This document shows, piece by piece, positions 48,201 through 60,234 of a stretch of 64,000 nucleotides of DNA; within the stretch, counting starts at the first letter, position 1; each line of letters begins with the position of its first letter. Location: contig OZ210885.1 in the NCBI GenBank assembly GCA_964658305.1, positions 20,522,001 through 20,586,000 on the forward strand, written 5' to 3'. The stretch comes from Leptogorgia sarmentosa (taxonomy: Eukaryota). A program made the position numbers and the translations under genes. Under the pieces are notes generated by a model. That model ran no database searches and had not been told where the DNA came from. It worked only from the letters and a program-made list of their open reading frames with translations.

Positions 48201-48330
48201 TAGTAGGTACATATAACTAGAAGCATTTCAAAGTATAGTAAGTATCGTCGGTATCGTGAGTGTGAAAGGAGCGAATTAATATAGAGAGAAACTTAGCCCG
48301 TGCGCTATTCGACGAAGTGAGACTGTGACA
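45204..48330 (+). mobile_element. BEL/Pao LTR retrotransposon, 5'-truncated (RT end, RNase H, integrase, 3' LTR ~48131-48330)
   Basis: YVDD, HAFADAS, ENPADIGSRG, GVDFAGP, SDNG and WWGGQFER motifs; PPT GGGGGAG; TGTC...GACA LTR. Confidence 0.92.
45337..47997 (+). CDS. BEL/Pao pol, partial open frame (886 aa)
   Basis: ORF with Pao RNase H and integrase motifs. Confidence 0.85.
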   Translation: MDDLMLGGDDATKVREKRSKAIEVFEDATFHLHKWHSNVRSLEESEQRVTIPTSDDETTFAKRQLGISTPNTTLLGLPWDKARDTISVVTNQEAPATTKSGALSHLAKVYDPLGLVSPTTLTGKLLFRKMCEAGLSWDGEFPGGLQERWKARYERLPERIEVPRALTPFHQPVTKLHLHAFADASKDGVAAAVYAVVEQASGTTQGLVCSKSGLAKKNLTVQRLELVVGHMAANLVTNVENAIGRKKVASMHCWLDLTVALYWINGQGEYRQFVANRVNKIRAHEAIAWRHVPTGENPADIGSRGGVDVVDNELWQRGPSWLSDQSRWPKDVVVATCPEAERELKREQIAKVFTTVSNGSSGNKFDELLEKYTLRKTLRIYAWVSRFARNSRNRKRDNRESGPLVTEEIRNAEAWWIKRAQHEARRCEGFDTVKRELNLQENDAKILECRGRIDGEYPVYLPQNHVIASKVVEQAHLVTLHGGVAMTMAKVRERFWIPKLCSLVKHVRSKCHGCSRFRSQAYSRPPPGNLPPSQTKGSTPFQVLGVDFAGPIQYQTKAKAERKAYLVLYGCSLTRALHLDLLSLLSLELGEFLPSLRELIARRGRPEIIYSDNGSTFKAAERWLKRVQHDERFHEFLSDRRIEWRFNLSRAPWWGGQFERLIGLFKRAFYKSIGNGTPTWEELKDVVLEVEVALNNCLLSYVEDDVELSTLTPNSMLNINPSVLPELKTRHVEEPSLRKRAKFLKKCKEAMWKRWTREYVRSLWERHRCGLGKRSACPQIGEAVIIRDEDKNQNHWKLGIIGRQLKGRDGVVRGVKVRTAKGVLKRAVQQLYPLELSSEEEKSWTPNISAPVFQPRPKRDAAAAAEVRIEQQATADQEAGQQTMSL

Positions 48331-48400
48331 TTGTAGAGTTATTTGTTGTTATCATTAGTTTTTGTTTTATTATTATCAATTTGAATTTTGTCAAACCCTT

Positions 48401-51400
48401 TAGTCCAGCTGTTAACTACTAAAAAAATGCTGAATTGTTCACTTTGATGATAAAAGCATGAAACATTTTTGGATATGGAGCCAAACGAAATTCACTTATG
48501 CTAACGAGTAATGCGCATGTCATAAAATACTCAACATGAAAACGAGGCTGCTTTAATAACCCTAATTTGGGCCATTTTTTTAAAGATTTTTTTTCCGAAA
48601 TTTTTCTCATATTAATATATCAGCCATGTTCTTCACTCTGAAATGTAAAGTATTGTCACGTGACCTATTTCCTGGAAATTAAAGAAATACACATAGTGCA
48701 TGCCTGGGATACTGTGGCAAGCTTGAAAATGCGTGGTTTTAATTTTTTTAAGATCAAATTTGGTGCTTTAAATATTTTAGGAGCATTCCAAAGTAAAAAT
48801 ATAAGACAATGGCAAAACAGCTACAAGTTACTATATTGCTCACCACTGGGCATGCGCTGAAATGTTGCAAATGAAAAAAAAGAGACAAATCGGTAAAAAG
48901 AAGCAAATTTGTCATATGAAAATAATACAACATATACTATACATAGTTATATTTGCACGTAACTATCTCTTTTGCGGTCTCTCTGTCAAATTCATCAATC
49001 GGCAATCTGTTCTTTTCCCTTTGCGTAAGCACTCTAGACATCATACCATTATCAAGTTCATTAATTGACTTTAATGCCATTTACAACAATAGTGGGCAGC
49101 ATTAAACATGACTGAACTGATATCTAAGTTTTATATCCGACTTTAATATTCCACTGTACAATATTCGCGAAATGGCTAAAAAAGTGACCAAAAAACCAGT
49201 GGCGGAAATTCAGTTTCCGAGGTGGAGGGGCAAAGCTTCACGAATTTCCGACAAAATTACATCGTTTTGCTAGGTTTACGATTGCATATTGCTTTACGAA
49301 AGCCACTTTATATAGAGGCCAATATATAGAGGACGCGATTCAATATGCAACGCGATAACCCCTTTTTCAATATGGCTCTGAATAAAATTTTATTAAAAAT
49401 TTTCTGACTGCTAGGCTCATCTCTATTGTTGCCATGCACTCTTCGTTGATGTCTGCAGGTGATGCTGCCAGCACTTCGATTACCGGTGTCAGTTCGGGAA
49501 AAACGTTCCATACATCCCAAGCGGTCTTCTTTCCTTGTCCACAAAAAAATGATACTGTGTCGCATCCAGTTAAGGAGTGAAACATCGGTAGTGCTGATGC
49601 TTTCTCTCGACCTAGCGACGCGGCTATGGAATGTGCAGGAATGTTGCGTAGATGCTTTCCGGTGCCGTATGCGACCCATAGCTCATCAATGGAAATACTG
49701 CTAGCTACTGAAATTGCTAACACAACTACATCGGTATCATTGCTTCTGATCTGTATTCGACAATGGCCGCACATGGTAGCATCCAACGCATGTAACATTA
49801 AGCGAGTATCTGCCTCTTCATGGGAGCATGGTTCGAGCGTATTCATTTCGACTCGGTTGGCAGAAGACAGGACATGTTCGCCATGTGTGGTGTAGATCTC
49901 CTTGCCATCAGGGATCGTCAGTGAAACCACCTAAAATGATTAATAAGATGATGGTATTAAAATATTGTTCAATCAATTATCCTGTACTGTGTTTTACCCC
50001 CATATGTTTTACCCGTATTTGCTAACCCTCTAGCGTCCATTTGACGAATAAAATCATCTGGTGTTAGCTGGTGAGTAAAATACTAAGGTTTTAATACAGG
50101 CGTTACAGGGTTAAACATCCATTTCTACATAACATGTAGCACTGTATTTAAATATATTACCACTACTATTATTATTACCATGTTAGCAAGAAGCTTGAAA
50201 AGTTCATCCTTGTTGTCATCAACACGCATAAATCCTTTCCAGTCTGAGGGGATTTGCGTTGTAGGAAGAACTTTCCGTCGTTGTCCATTGCCTCTCTTTT
50301 CCCGAGCAGATCTCTTCAATGTATCTTCTCGATACACATCCCACACTAGGTCGACTCGGTTCACTGCATCAAGTTGTCTCAGGATATACGGGGCGAACAC
50401 AGTATTGAAGTACTCCTCAAATGTTTGTGCCATTCGTGGTTTTAACATCTGGACAATGACGGCTCCGTCAAGAATGATTGCATCCACGGTTGGTTGTTCC
50501 ACGGTCTGTGTTGTAGTGTCGTGCAAGCATTTCACCAGATCTGCCTTCTGCCCTCCTCTGAGATTGCCCGCTTGAGAGAGTGATATAGGCCACGGCTGGT
50601 TTTCGAACTTGAAAAAATCCTGCAGATTTCTATCTTGGCTTTGACAAGCTATGTAAAGCCTAGAAAACAGAGCACAGTCCTCCTTCAAGACCGCTACTTT
50701 GGCTTTAGTTTTCGACATGACCTTAGTGTTTGGAGTGTTGAATGTAGGCAGTTTATTTTTCTTCAGAGGCTCTGTAATTGGCGTACTCCGGTCAGTAAAC
50801 CGCTCTTTCACGAAGGTTTGGAACTGCTCCATTCCAATCTATTTCACGTTGCGCACAGTGTTGACAACATCATTACTCATGATGTCCTTTGTGTGGATTG
50901 CTATGAGCTCCTCGCCCTGTTCCATAAATGGATTTCCTAATTCTTCAAAGGAACCGATCACATTTTTGGCGAACGCGCTCTGGACGCCTGGTGTCTGCTC
51001 ATGGTGGTTGCGTGAATCAGAATTATAGACGTTACATTCAAATTCCTCCACCATTCTTGTTACCTCTGGTCCTGCGACCATCCATCTTCTGAGGGCTGCA
51101 GGGTTTTCGGTGAGTCTAACAGCACCTCCGTCGCCTTTGACTATGGCATTAACTTGTTCGTGTGCGTGGTCCAGTGCTATGGAAGAAAACGACCTCCTCG
51201 TCTTATGAACTACAAAAAACCTCTCACGAATTGTGTATAGACCTCTGGATGTCGGACTGCAAGCTCGCACATATCTCGATAATGGACAGATAGCCATCTG
51301 GTGTAGTTGGGATGGTCCATGGCAAACATCCATGGTAAAATCTGCTTGATGGCGTTGACGTACAGGGTAAAGTTGGCTTCTCTAAACTTTCACAAGCTGA

Positions 51401-54321
51401 AAAACGCAGAGCTGCAACTCCAATACTCCAGACCAATACAAAAACTGCGGACATTTCTCCGACATCTCTTCTCTCCATTCATGAAAAGATTTGAGCTGAT
51501 CATTTTCTTCAACATTAAGAGTGTATTCATCGTATCCTTTCACCATGAGCATGTGTAGACTAACTGCTGTAACTTGGTGTGCTCGTCGCGTTCGAGTTAG
51601 ATGACTTGCTGCAAGGAATGAATTAGCTACGCCTTGTGTAGCCACACCTGCATTGCAGAGAGCCTCTGCCCATCCGCTACCGCTCAGCCACTTTCCGAGC
51701 ATCTTGAAGGCCGCCATTTCTATGTGAAGTCCACCAAGCATGATGACAAATTGATCTTCATTGAATATTTCATTGAACATCCACTGAATTTGTTTCGCGA
51801 GAGCAAACAGTGGCTGATCTACTGTGACAACTGGGATTTGTGTAGGATTGACCTGATTTACAGCTGCTTTGATCACTTTCAAGGAATGTGCTATCATAGC
51901 AACCGAGTGGGCGTTCTCTATAAACATCGGTAACAGTGAAATGATGGCTGGCTCGTGACTCGACAACATGGATTTTGAAGCGCGATATGCCGCCCATGAT
52001 AAGAAATCATCTTTCTCCAGGTTTTCTTTAGAGAGAAGTTGCAGAGTATTATCCAGCCAATCTTGTTCAGGACAGGGCTCACTACTATTTAGCATCACTT
52101 GAGGATCTACCGTCAGCTGTTCTTTAGATTCCGGTGCATAAAAGTCACTGGGGCGTAGGTACATTGGTGGTACTTGACTGTAACTCGATGGTAGTTGGGC
52201 TATCTTCTTCGACACGGAAGTTTTTGTTGGGTCAATGATGTCAACGGCTCTATCAATTCCCGGTTCTTCCATTGTTGGGTGTTGGACCAATGAAATTGCG
52301 GTGCCATGGAATGAATCATGCGAACTCGTTGAGCTTGGATTGTGGTCGATGTTATCAACTGCTGCAGTAGTGAACAGTCCTTCTTTAAGTTTAGACGGGC
52401 ATACGACTCCTTCCCTTTCGTACCGTTTTATAACACTATTGGTAATCTCAGTAGATATAGAAAGTAGCCGATCGTACGAAATAGACATCCCCAACTTGTA
52501 AAATAAATCTACAAGAGATCTATCCCTCGTTGCTCCATGAATTTTCAGTGCTGTATAAATTGGTAGTGGGGTTTCTCTAGATCTCACATGACGAGATTTG
52601 TCGGTAGACTCATTTCGACTTCGCATGATGCTGTTGAATATGATTAGCTGAGCAATTGTCAGACATGCCTGACTGCCCACCGGCAACGCGTCTGTCTATT
52701 AGTTGGACCTTTGATAATCATGCCTATCAAAGTTTTAAGGGAAGGCGGGATGGCATCGTTTTGACATTCTGGGGCAAATGTACCGTCAAAACAGTTATGT
52801 ATTTGTAGAATGTCTCTTCTTATAATATTTGCAGCTTTAGCCAAATGACATGCTTCTGAATCATTCTTGGCTTGCTCTAACACTCCCCCTATTTCATGTT
52901 TAAATGCCAGTAGCACTTCTCGTCCTTGGTTATGTGCTGTGAGGTCAGGAAAAGCTGAGAGTACTCTTTCTTTCAGTCTTGTAGCATTAACATTTCCTCA
53001 TTCAATTCCGAGTTCCTGCTGTTTTGATGAGAAAAATTTTACGATATCGGAAAACTTGAGTACTGGAAGATCTTCATATTCAAGCTGTTTGTCGATGTAG
53101 GCAATCAACTCTGCAAAAGCCAGTTCATCTAAACCAGTTGGCGAACTCTCAGGGACAGAATCAGTGGTTGACGCTTTGAATTGCGTCGCTCGATTATGAA
53201 GACTGACTAAGCACTTTGCATGGTACTTCGCTTCAACTGCGATCAAATCACCAACTGACATCTTCGAAATAAGTTTCCCGTCATTCAACAAATGAGCACA
53301 TTCCCTGACCTTTCGGTCGACTTCGAGTGTGGAAGCAGAATGAAGATTTGTTGTGCTATCTGCAGAATCGCAAAAGAAACAGTGGTTTTCTGGCAGACAA
53401 CTTGAAGCATTACTAGATTGCCTGGCCTTTATTGGGCTGGAACTACTTACATCTATGATTTGTTCACAATCGTCTCTGTCCTCTTCCTCTGCTATTGCCG
53501 ATAATTTTCTTTTCTTGGCACGCTCTAACTTGGTATTGCTGAAAAGGTCTCGACAAGACTTGTGCCAGGAGGCTTTTTTATTCAAAAGAGTCTGCTCTAT
53601 TCCAAGACCTTCATCGAGACGTTCCACATTTAAACATTCAGGGGTAATTTCTAGCTTCTGGAATTCTTTGAGATTGCAAACAAATGAAGTGTAGCCAACA
53701 CCAGCATCTTTACACTTTGAGTTTGCAGGACATTGTAATTTTTCAACGGAACGTTGTTGGCAAATAATGCACAGATCCCAATCCATGATTTTTAAAAATC
53801 TTTAGTAATAGTTTCTAACGTAGAGAATGATAAAAAAAACATGGCAATTGGGGATTCTTTATTCGTTTCGTACAGAAGTAGAAAATTTCGTGAGTTACTA
53901 ATGCAGATAGAAACAAAAAACCCTAAGATAACATTAAAAATGTCTTACCTTTTATGACTGTAAGTGCCAAAGACGGCCGCCATCTTGAAATCGTGTGTGA
54001 GAAGCCTGGGTTCTAATTTAATTTAATTTCCAGGAAATAGGTCACGTGACAATACTTTACATTTCAGAGTAAAGAACATGGCTGATATATTAATATGAGA
54101 AAAATTTCCGAAAAAAATCTTTAAAAAAACGGTTCAAACTAGGGTTATCAAAGCAGCCTCGTTTCCATGTTGAGTATTTTATGACATGCGCATTACTCGT
54201 TAGCATAAGTGAATTTCGTTTGGCTCCATAGACAAAAATATTAGTACTAGGGATGTTAGTAATGTGGCAAAGTTTCATGCTTTTATCATCAAAGTGAACA
54301 ATTGTGGTCGTTAACAGCTGG
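48401..54321 (-). mobile_element. Academ (AcademX-type) DNA transposon with long TIRs
   Basis: TAGTCCAGCTGTTAAC left end; inverted copy of about 280 bp at 54025-54321 with a degenerate tip. Confidence 0.8.
49400..53786 (-). pseudogene. Academ transposase with a C-terminal XPG/PIN-like nuclease region; frameshifted
   Basis: EAKYHAKC, RETPLP, GMSISYDR, VDNIDH...FHGT, DQPLF, GGLHIEM, DHAHEQ, then LDGA, HEEADTR, DTDV and TGCDTVS. Confidence 0.82.
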
Positions 54322-54339
54322 TTAACAAGGTTATTTGAG

Positions 54340-55372
54340 AACTTTTATTCTTTGACTCACTGTCCATTGTCCATATTAATCACACCATTTTCACACATTC
54401 CTCACCATTTGTTATGCACTCTTCGCAAGCGCGAAGCGATGGCTCGACAAACTTATGTCCTACATCTTGACAATGATCACATACGCGTTCGTTGTCAGAA
54501 GATGTTTTGCAATCTGGGCATTCTGCTTTACAGTGACCGTTACCTTTAAGAACTGCTCCAGCAAAAGACATCTTCGAATTCTTCAAACATGACAAACATG
54601 TATTCAACACTTCAAAACTTGCGACAGATTGTTCGAGCTGTTCGGGGCCTGAGACTGCGCTAGGTAAATAGTGTGCACTGACAGGAATCGCAAATTTTCC
54701 ATCCAAAGTTTCAATACAATGCGCTTCTTTGACCATTTCATTTTTAAGTATTTCAGTGTCGGGAGCATCATTGTTGCAGACATACTGGAAGTCTATAGTT
54801 TTCTTTGTTTCGACAACAATTCCTTGGTGAGAAACGACCTGTAGACCTGGCTTTAAAGCCACTCCATCTTCTTGACACGCGACAGGGTATATTCGTAGTT
54901 TTGGTTTTTCATCAGTAAACAAAGGTTCACATCCACTTTGCACATCAGATATGACTGACAGAAAATTTTGAACCATTGGCCAATAAACTCCACTATCAGT
55001 AGAATATCTACGTTTCTGTTTGTTTCTTGTAGTTCTACCAGGCAAAGGCCAGTTCCACGACTCCCACATGAATTTTGGATCAGAACTTGTTGTGCGAGCA
55101 TAACGAGATTTCCTCTTATAAAATCCTGGTCCCCTCAGTAAATGTACTGTTGCTTCATGCCCATAATATTCTAGAGAATCAAGAAATTGAAGAATCTCAG
55201 TGTCCCACTGAAATTGATTTTTACGTGAGAAACTACTGTTTGAACAACTCACAAAGTTCACAGCATTTTTAATAAGTTTGTAAAAGATATGCGTTCTTGG
55301 CAGATAGCCACTGTCCACTCTTGAAGTTTGATGCAAACTAGATCTGTTAGCTGATAAATTATGTAAAACCAA
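54340..55372 (-). pseudogene. Uncharacterised Cys-rich protein fragment, possibly a divergent P-like transposase
   Basis: 330-aa ORF with LRGP, LPGRTT...SGV and EDGVALKPGLQ, followed by a multi-Cys cluster. Confidence 0.4.
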
Positions 55373-55904
55373 AAAAATTACATTATACGTTAAACTATTG
55401 ACGGCAATCTACACTTAACGTATTCTCCTTGACCATGAAGATACTAGACAGACAAGAGGTGGCATAATAATTACCTGCTGGAAGCTTCTACATCCTGAGT
55501 CTGCCTCTGTATCACTATAGTCAGAGGTTGAGAGACTTGATGTTGAATTTTCGTCCTCACTCATATTGCATGCTACAGAACTTTCGTCAGGTATTTCTTG
55601 CATATAAGGTGTAAACTACTAATTGTATATATCAAACAAGAAGAGACTTTGAATCCGAAAGGTTTCGTAGTCATTAATATTACCTAAACCTTCTCAAAAC
55701 TATTTTGGGAATTTAGGGCAGGTCAGAACATGAAGAATTTGTTAAATCTGCTCAAGAAATAGTATACTTTAACTCTTAAAACTTTTAAATGATGGTAAAT
55801 AGTAAGCGCGCAACATGTGGTCTTTATCAGCAGATTTAATCTGGTTAAGAATGTGCGATGAATGTTGTGACGAATGTCGTGATGAATGTTGTGACAGCTT
55901 CACA

Positions 55905-56441
55905 GTGGTTGGGAACACCATCTGGTAAATATGTGTCTTTTTGCTTTCTAATTCGATGACTGTTCCATACTGTCTCCTTGAAATCATCCAGTTCTTTTTG
56001 TAGGATAGGAATAAAAAGGTAAGCCAGTACAAATCTACAAATAGCATAATTGTGTGGTTATAGCTATAGCTTTGTTTTGTATGTGAAACATGAATAAAGG
56101 AAATGTGTAGAAATGAAATTCTGCTAACAGTTTTTTTCTGATCCAATCTCCCCCGGACCACCCCCTCCCTAGTATAAAGCAGTACTAAATGATATAATCT
56201 CAAGGAACCCCAAGTCAAATTTTGCCCTGAGCCCCCAAATCTCTCTGGGCAGCCCTGATTTTTGCATTAATTAACAAATCATAAAAACACACTACAGGGT
56301 TAATATATGATAATATACAGTACATATACCTGTCTCTTTCATTATCTGGGTTGTAGTAACCTTGTTCTTTCAGATATGACAATTTTTCTTTGTAATACTT
56401 TTCTAACCTTTCATGGAGTTCTCTCCACCACCTCTCGATCT
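55905..56441 (-). pseudogene. Integrase-core (IS3EU-like) transposase fragments
   Basis: Exon IERWWRELHERLEKYYKEKL...YNP (about 56290-56441) and QKELDDFKETVWNSHRIRKQKDTYLPDGVPNH (about 55905-56000). Confidence 0.6.
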
Positions 56442-56599
56442 AAAAACCACACCAATATTTCCATAATCTGAATATAATACAGTACTCTTATTACATAATA
56501 CATAAATTAGAAAGGTGGTACAACATACCCACACCCTACGGTATGCCTAATTGCCTACATTATAAGGGCTATGTCAAAAATATTTGTACAAATTAAAAT

Positions 56600-59103
56600 G
56601 AAATAAAAGCTCCAGGTGTGATAGGGGTGATCTCTCAAGACGTCCACTCACACGTACCAGACCTTCGTCATCCATGAATGGAGAGAGAGAATATAACGGA
56701 GACGACTTTGAGACCAACATCTTCCTTGTCTTCAATTTTCCTAAGTCAGTTTCCTGTTTTTCAAGGACCGTAATTTCCTTCGCGAAACATATGGTTTGAT
56801 CTCATCTCAAAAGCCAAATTTATGCTTCTCGAAGTTCGTCCGCGTTTAATGGCTCTATAGGAAGCTGGATATCTTTCTTTTTCATTGCACTTCTGGTTGT
56901 AGGCTTCGGAAGGCAACTCTTTCTCAACTTGTGAAATGTTGAGAAATCTTCAGTTTTCAAGAATTCTTCCCCTAAGGAACTCTGGACATGACAATTACGT
57001 GTGACTTTCTTCTTCTCCGACTCAATCAGCTTCTCTTCTGGTTCCAACACACGTTCAGGGTATTCCTCTGAACAAAGGAAACTAGGACCAGAAAACCATA
57101 TATTATCTGGTTTCAAAAGCTCCCGTAAGTCAACGCCTCTCGATGCTAAGTCCGCTGGATTATCTTGACCAGATACGTGATGCCACTGGCATCCTTCAGT
57201 TTTCTCTTGAATAGTCGCCACTCGATCGGCCACAAACTCCTTCAGGACACGGCTTTCCATCTTTATCCATGATAGAGCCACAGTGCTGTCTGACCAGAAA
57301 ACTACTTTGACAGTCTTGAATTCCATTTGCTTCGCGATAAACTCTGCCAAACGTACTGCCATCAGACAAGCTTGTAGTTCCAACCGTGGAACTGACATTT
57401 TCTTTAAAGGGGCCACTTGCGTCTTGCTCATCAACAGAGACACTTTCACTTCATCATTTCGCTGAAATTTAAGATATGCAATGGCTGCCATGGCTCTTTG
57501 TGATGCATCAGCGAATAAATGCAGTTCCATATCCACTTCTTCTAGTTCTGCCCAAACGTGGCATGGAATTGTAATCTTGGATAAATCAACAAATTGATTG
57601 AACCAGGTCAACCAGGATTCCTCAATATCAAGTTCAAGTGGATCGTCCCAATCTCTCGCTCTTCTCCATAACTCCTGCATCAAGATCTTACCACGAACTA
57701 CACAAAGGCTGCTAACAACCCCATGGGGTCAAATAGTCTCGCCAACCTTTTAGGACTCCTCGATTAGTCCACACTATATCGTCTATGACGGGATAAAATC
57801 GGATTTGATCGGTAGATGGATCCCATGTCATTCCAAGGACTCTCTCATTGGTTTGATCTAAGGGAAGAGTGCCATTCTTGATACGGTCAGGTTGCGAACT
57901 TTACAATAGGGTCATAGGGTTGTTTATCAACCACAGCCTTGAACGTCTGAAAGAATCGAAGCCAACTCTCTTTCTTTCCATCAAATGTACCCAGTGGTAT
58001 TGTCTTTTCCCCAAAGACTAACGGTGTTTTCCACGTCGAAACTTCTTTTGAAGTGCTCTCTGTCGTAAACTTCTTGTGAGTCTTGCTACAGCCACTGGAG
58101 TAAGCTGGAAGCTCGACGCTAACTTTGTCGGGCAAGGTGCTTTTCTTTGCTTTCGGTGACTGATCTGCAACAGACTGAGGATTTGATGAATTCTTTGATC
58201 TTGATGAACTTGATTTTGCAATACCGCACGATTCTAAATCACGTTCTGCTAGATGAATTTCCAATTCTCGACGAATTTGCATTTCACGCACCAATGTGTT
58301 AAACTTTAAATCCTGTAGTTTTTCTTCATATTGGTGGCGCTCTTTAACTTCGTCTAATCTCTTCCTTGATCGATGTTCTTGTTCTTTACTCAGATGCGTA
58401 TAGGTAGATTTCTTTCTCAACGATACATGAGAACGAGCAGACCCAGAGAGCAAACATTTCCCTTCTTGTGAATCCTGACTTTGAGACTCTGATTCTTTCT
58501 GTTGTGCTGAAATGTACTGTTCTGCCTTCCATTTACAGTTCGCGATTTTCTCTTCAATCTCAACTAGTTTATCTGTCGCCAAATCTATCTTTATCTCATC
58601 ACTTTCATTGGTCAAAACAGCAATATACTCGTCATGGTGCTTTACAAAGCCACTGAACGCTTCATTAAGTGAGTTAATAACTCTTTCAAGTTCTCTGAGA
58701 CTGCCTGAGGCTTCGATCAACCTGTATATATTGTTCAACAGTTTGGTAATATGAGACATCTTGCCTCTTCTGCTTGCTTTCTTCGCTTGAATGTTCAACA
58801 ATTCCGCTGAAGGAACTTATTTATTTAGCCCGTAAAACTGTTCGGAATGCAACATGTTGTGTGCACCGCCCAAAACATGATCACTTGCCAATTCCTTTGA
58901 ACCTTCTATACTCATCACAACGCCAAAGGAATTCCCGGGTTTCGGCACCAATTTGTTTCGACTTTATCTATTTAACTTCATATAATAACAAGTTGAACTT
59001 CTTCTTAATATTTAATGAAAAAACTAATCTCTAGTCGCTTAGCGAAGTCCCTATTTATATTGCCTAACACCCACACATTAGCACTCTATTTACATAATGT
59101 ACA
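56600..59103 (-). mobile_element. BEL/Pao remnant (gag, RNase H region; RT deleted) with an upstream LTR and PBS
   Basis: ORF 57887..58801 (FDGKKESWLRFFQTF) and ORF 56820..57683 (HLFADAS, PRLELQA, DNPADLASRG). Confidence 0.8.
58933..58950 (-). promoter_or_regulatory. Primer-binding site complementary to the tRNA-Phe 3' end
   Basis: TGGTGCCGAAACCCGGGA lies 3 nt after an ...ACA LTR end at 58954. Confidence 0.8.
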
Positions 59104-59139
59104 AAATCATTCAATCGTATAAACAAGCATATACCTCTT

Positions 59140-60234
59140 TTGCTTATGGCGTATCGCACATCTACCCACAAATCAACTGGAATTACACCCGCAAAGATGA
59201 TGGGGCGAGAATTGCGTATTCCGTTGGACTTAGTAATGGGACATCCTCCACAGAGAAGCCAGGAATCAAGGTTATCCTATGTTGCCAGGTTGAAGGAAAG
59301 CCTTGATGTTGCACATAAATTTGCTTGAGAGCGATTGAAGTTAACAGCAGATCGAATGAAAACAAGATACAATGTGAAAGCTACAGCTGTACGACTCGAT
59401 GTGGGAGCTTCGGTATGGCTATATAGACCACAACGAAAGAAGGGAATATCTCCGAAGTTATCCAAACCTCGGGTCGGTCCGTACACCATTGTGAAGCGAA
59501 TAAATGATTTAGTCTACAGAATAGTTGATGTTGCACATAAATTTGCTCGAGAGCGATTGAAGTTAACGGCAGATCGAATGAAAACAAGATACAATGTGAA
59601 AGTCACAGCTGTACGACTCGATGTGGGAGCTTCGGTATGGCTATATAGACCACGAAAGAAGGGAATATCTCCAAAGTTATCCAAACCTTGGGTCGGTCCG
59701 TACACCATTGTGAAGCGAATAAATGATTTAGTCTACAGAATACAGCTTTCAAACCGCAGCAAACCAATGGTAGTACATCGTAATCGGTTAAGGGAATACG
59801 TTGGTGAAATCATACCAGAACTGTTATCAAGGGAAGGAAGAGAAAATGCTGGTCAGGAGGAAATTCCTGAACCACAACGACGCAGAAGTACGAGAACAAG
59901 ACGAGCACCAGTTCGACTAGAGTTGTAGAAGTGCAAGGTCAAGGACAGACTCTAATGAATAGACATTAATGAAAATACTTGGATATTTGAATGTATATAC
60001 AGAAATAATCAAACTGGGACGGTTTGAGCTTGAGGGGGGGGGGAGTGTGTTATGTAGAGTGTCATGGTGTGCAGTTATCCGTGACTGGAACAAAAGCATG
60101 CATATTAAGTAATCCTATTGTGTTACAGGCATATAAAGGCGTGCAATAACTGTTTTTAGAGAGTTAAGATAGTTTGCTGACAAATATAAGTTCTTTTTAA
60201 AAGTTGGTGTTTTTTTTGAGCTTGGCACGTAACA
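59140..60234 (+). mobile_element. Gypsy 3' fragment D (integrase tail, PPT, LTR 60048-60234) with a ~222-bp tandem duplication
   Basis: LMAYRT...GRELR and SPKL...WVGPY motifs; poly-G PPT; TGTTA...TAACA LTR; duplicate copies start at 59303 and 59525. Confidence 0.85.

Noticed and set aside
58933..58950. tRNA-Phe gene on the + strand
   Set aside because: Only the 3' 18 nt including CCA match, and it sits next to an LTR end, so it is a PBS.
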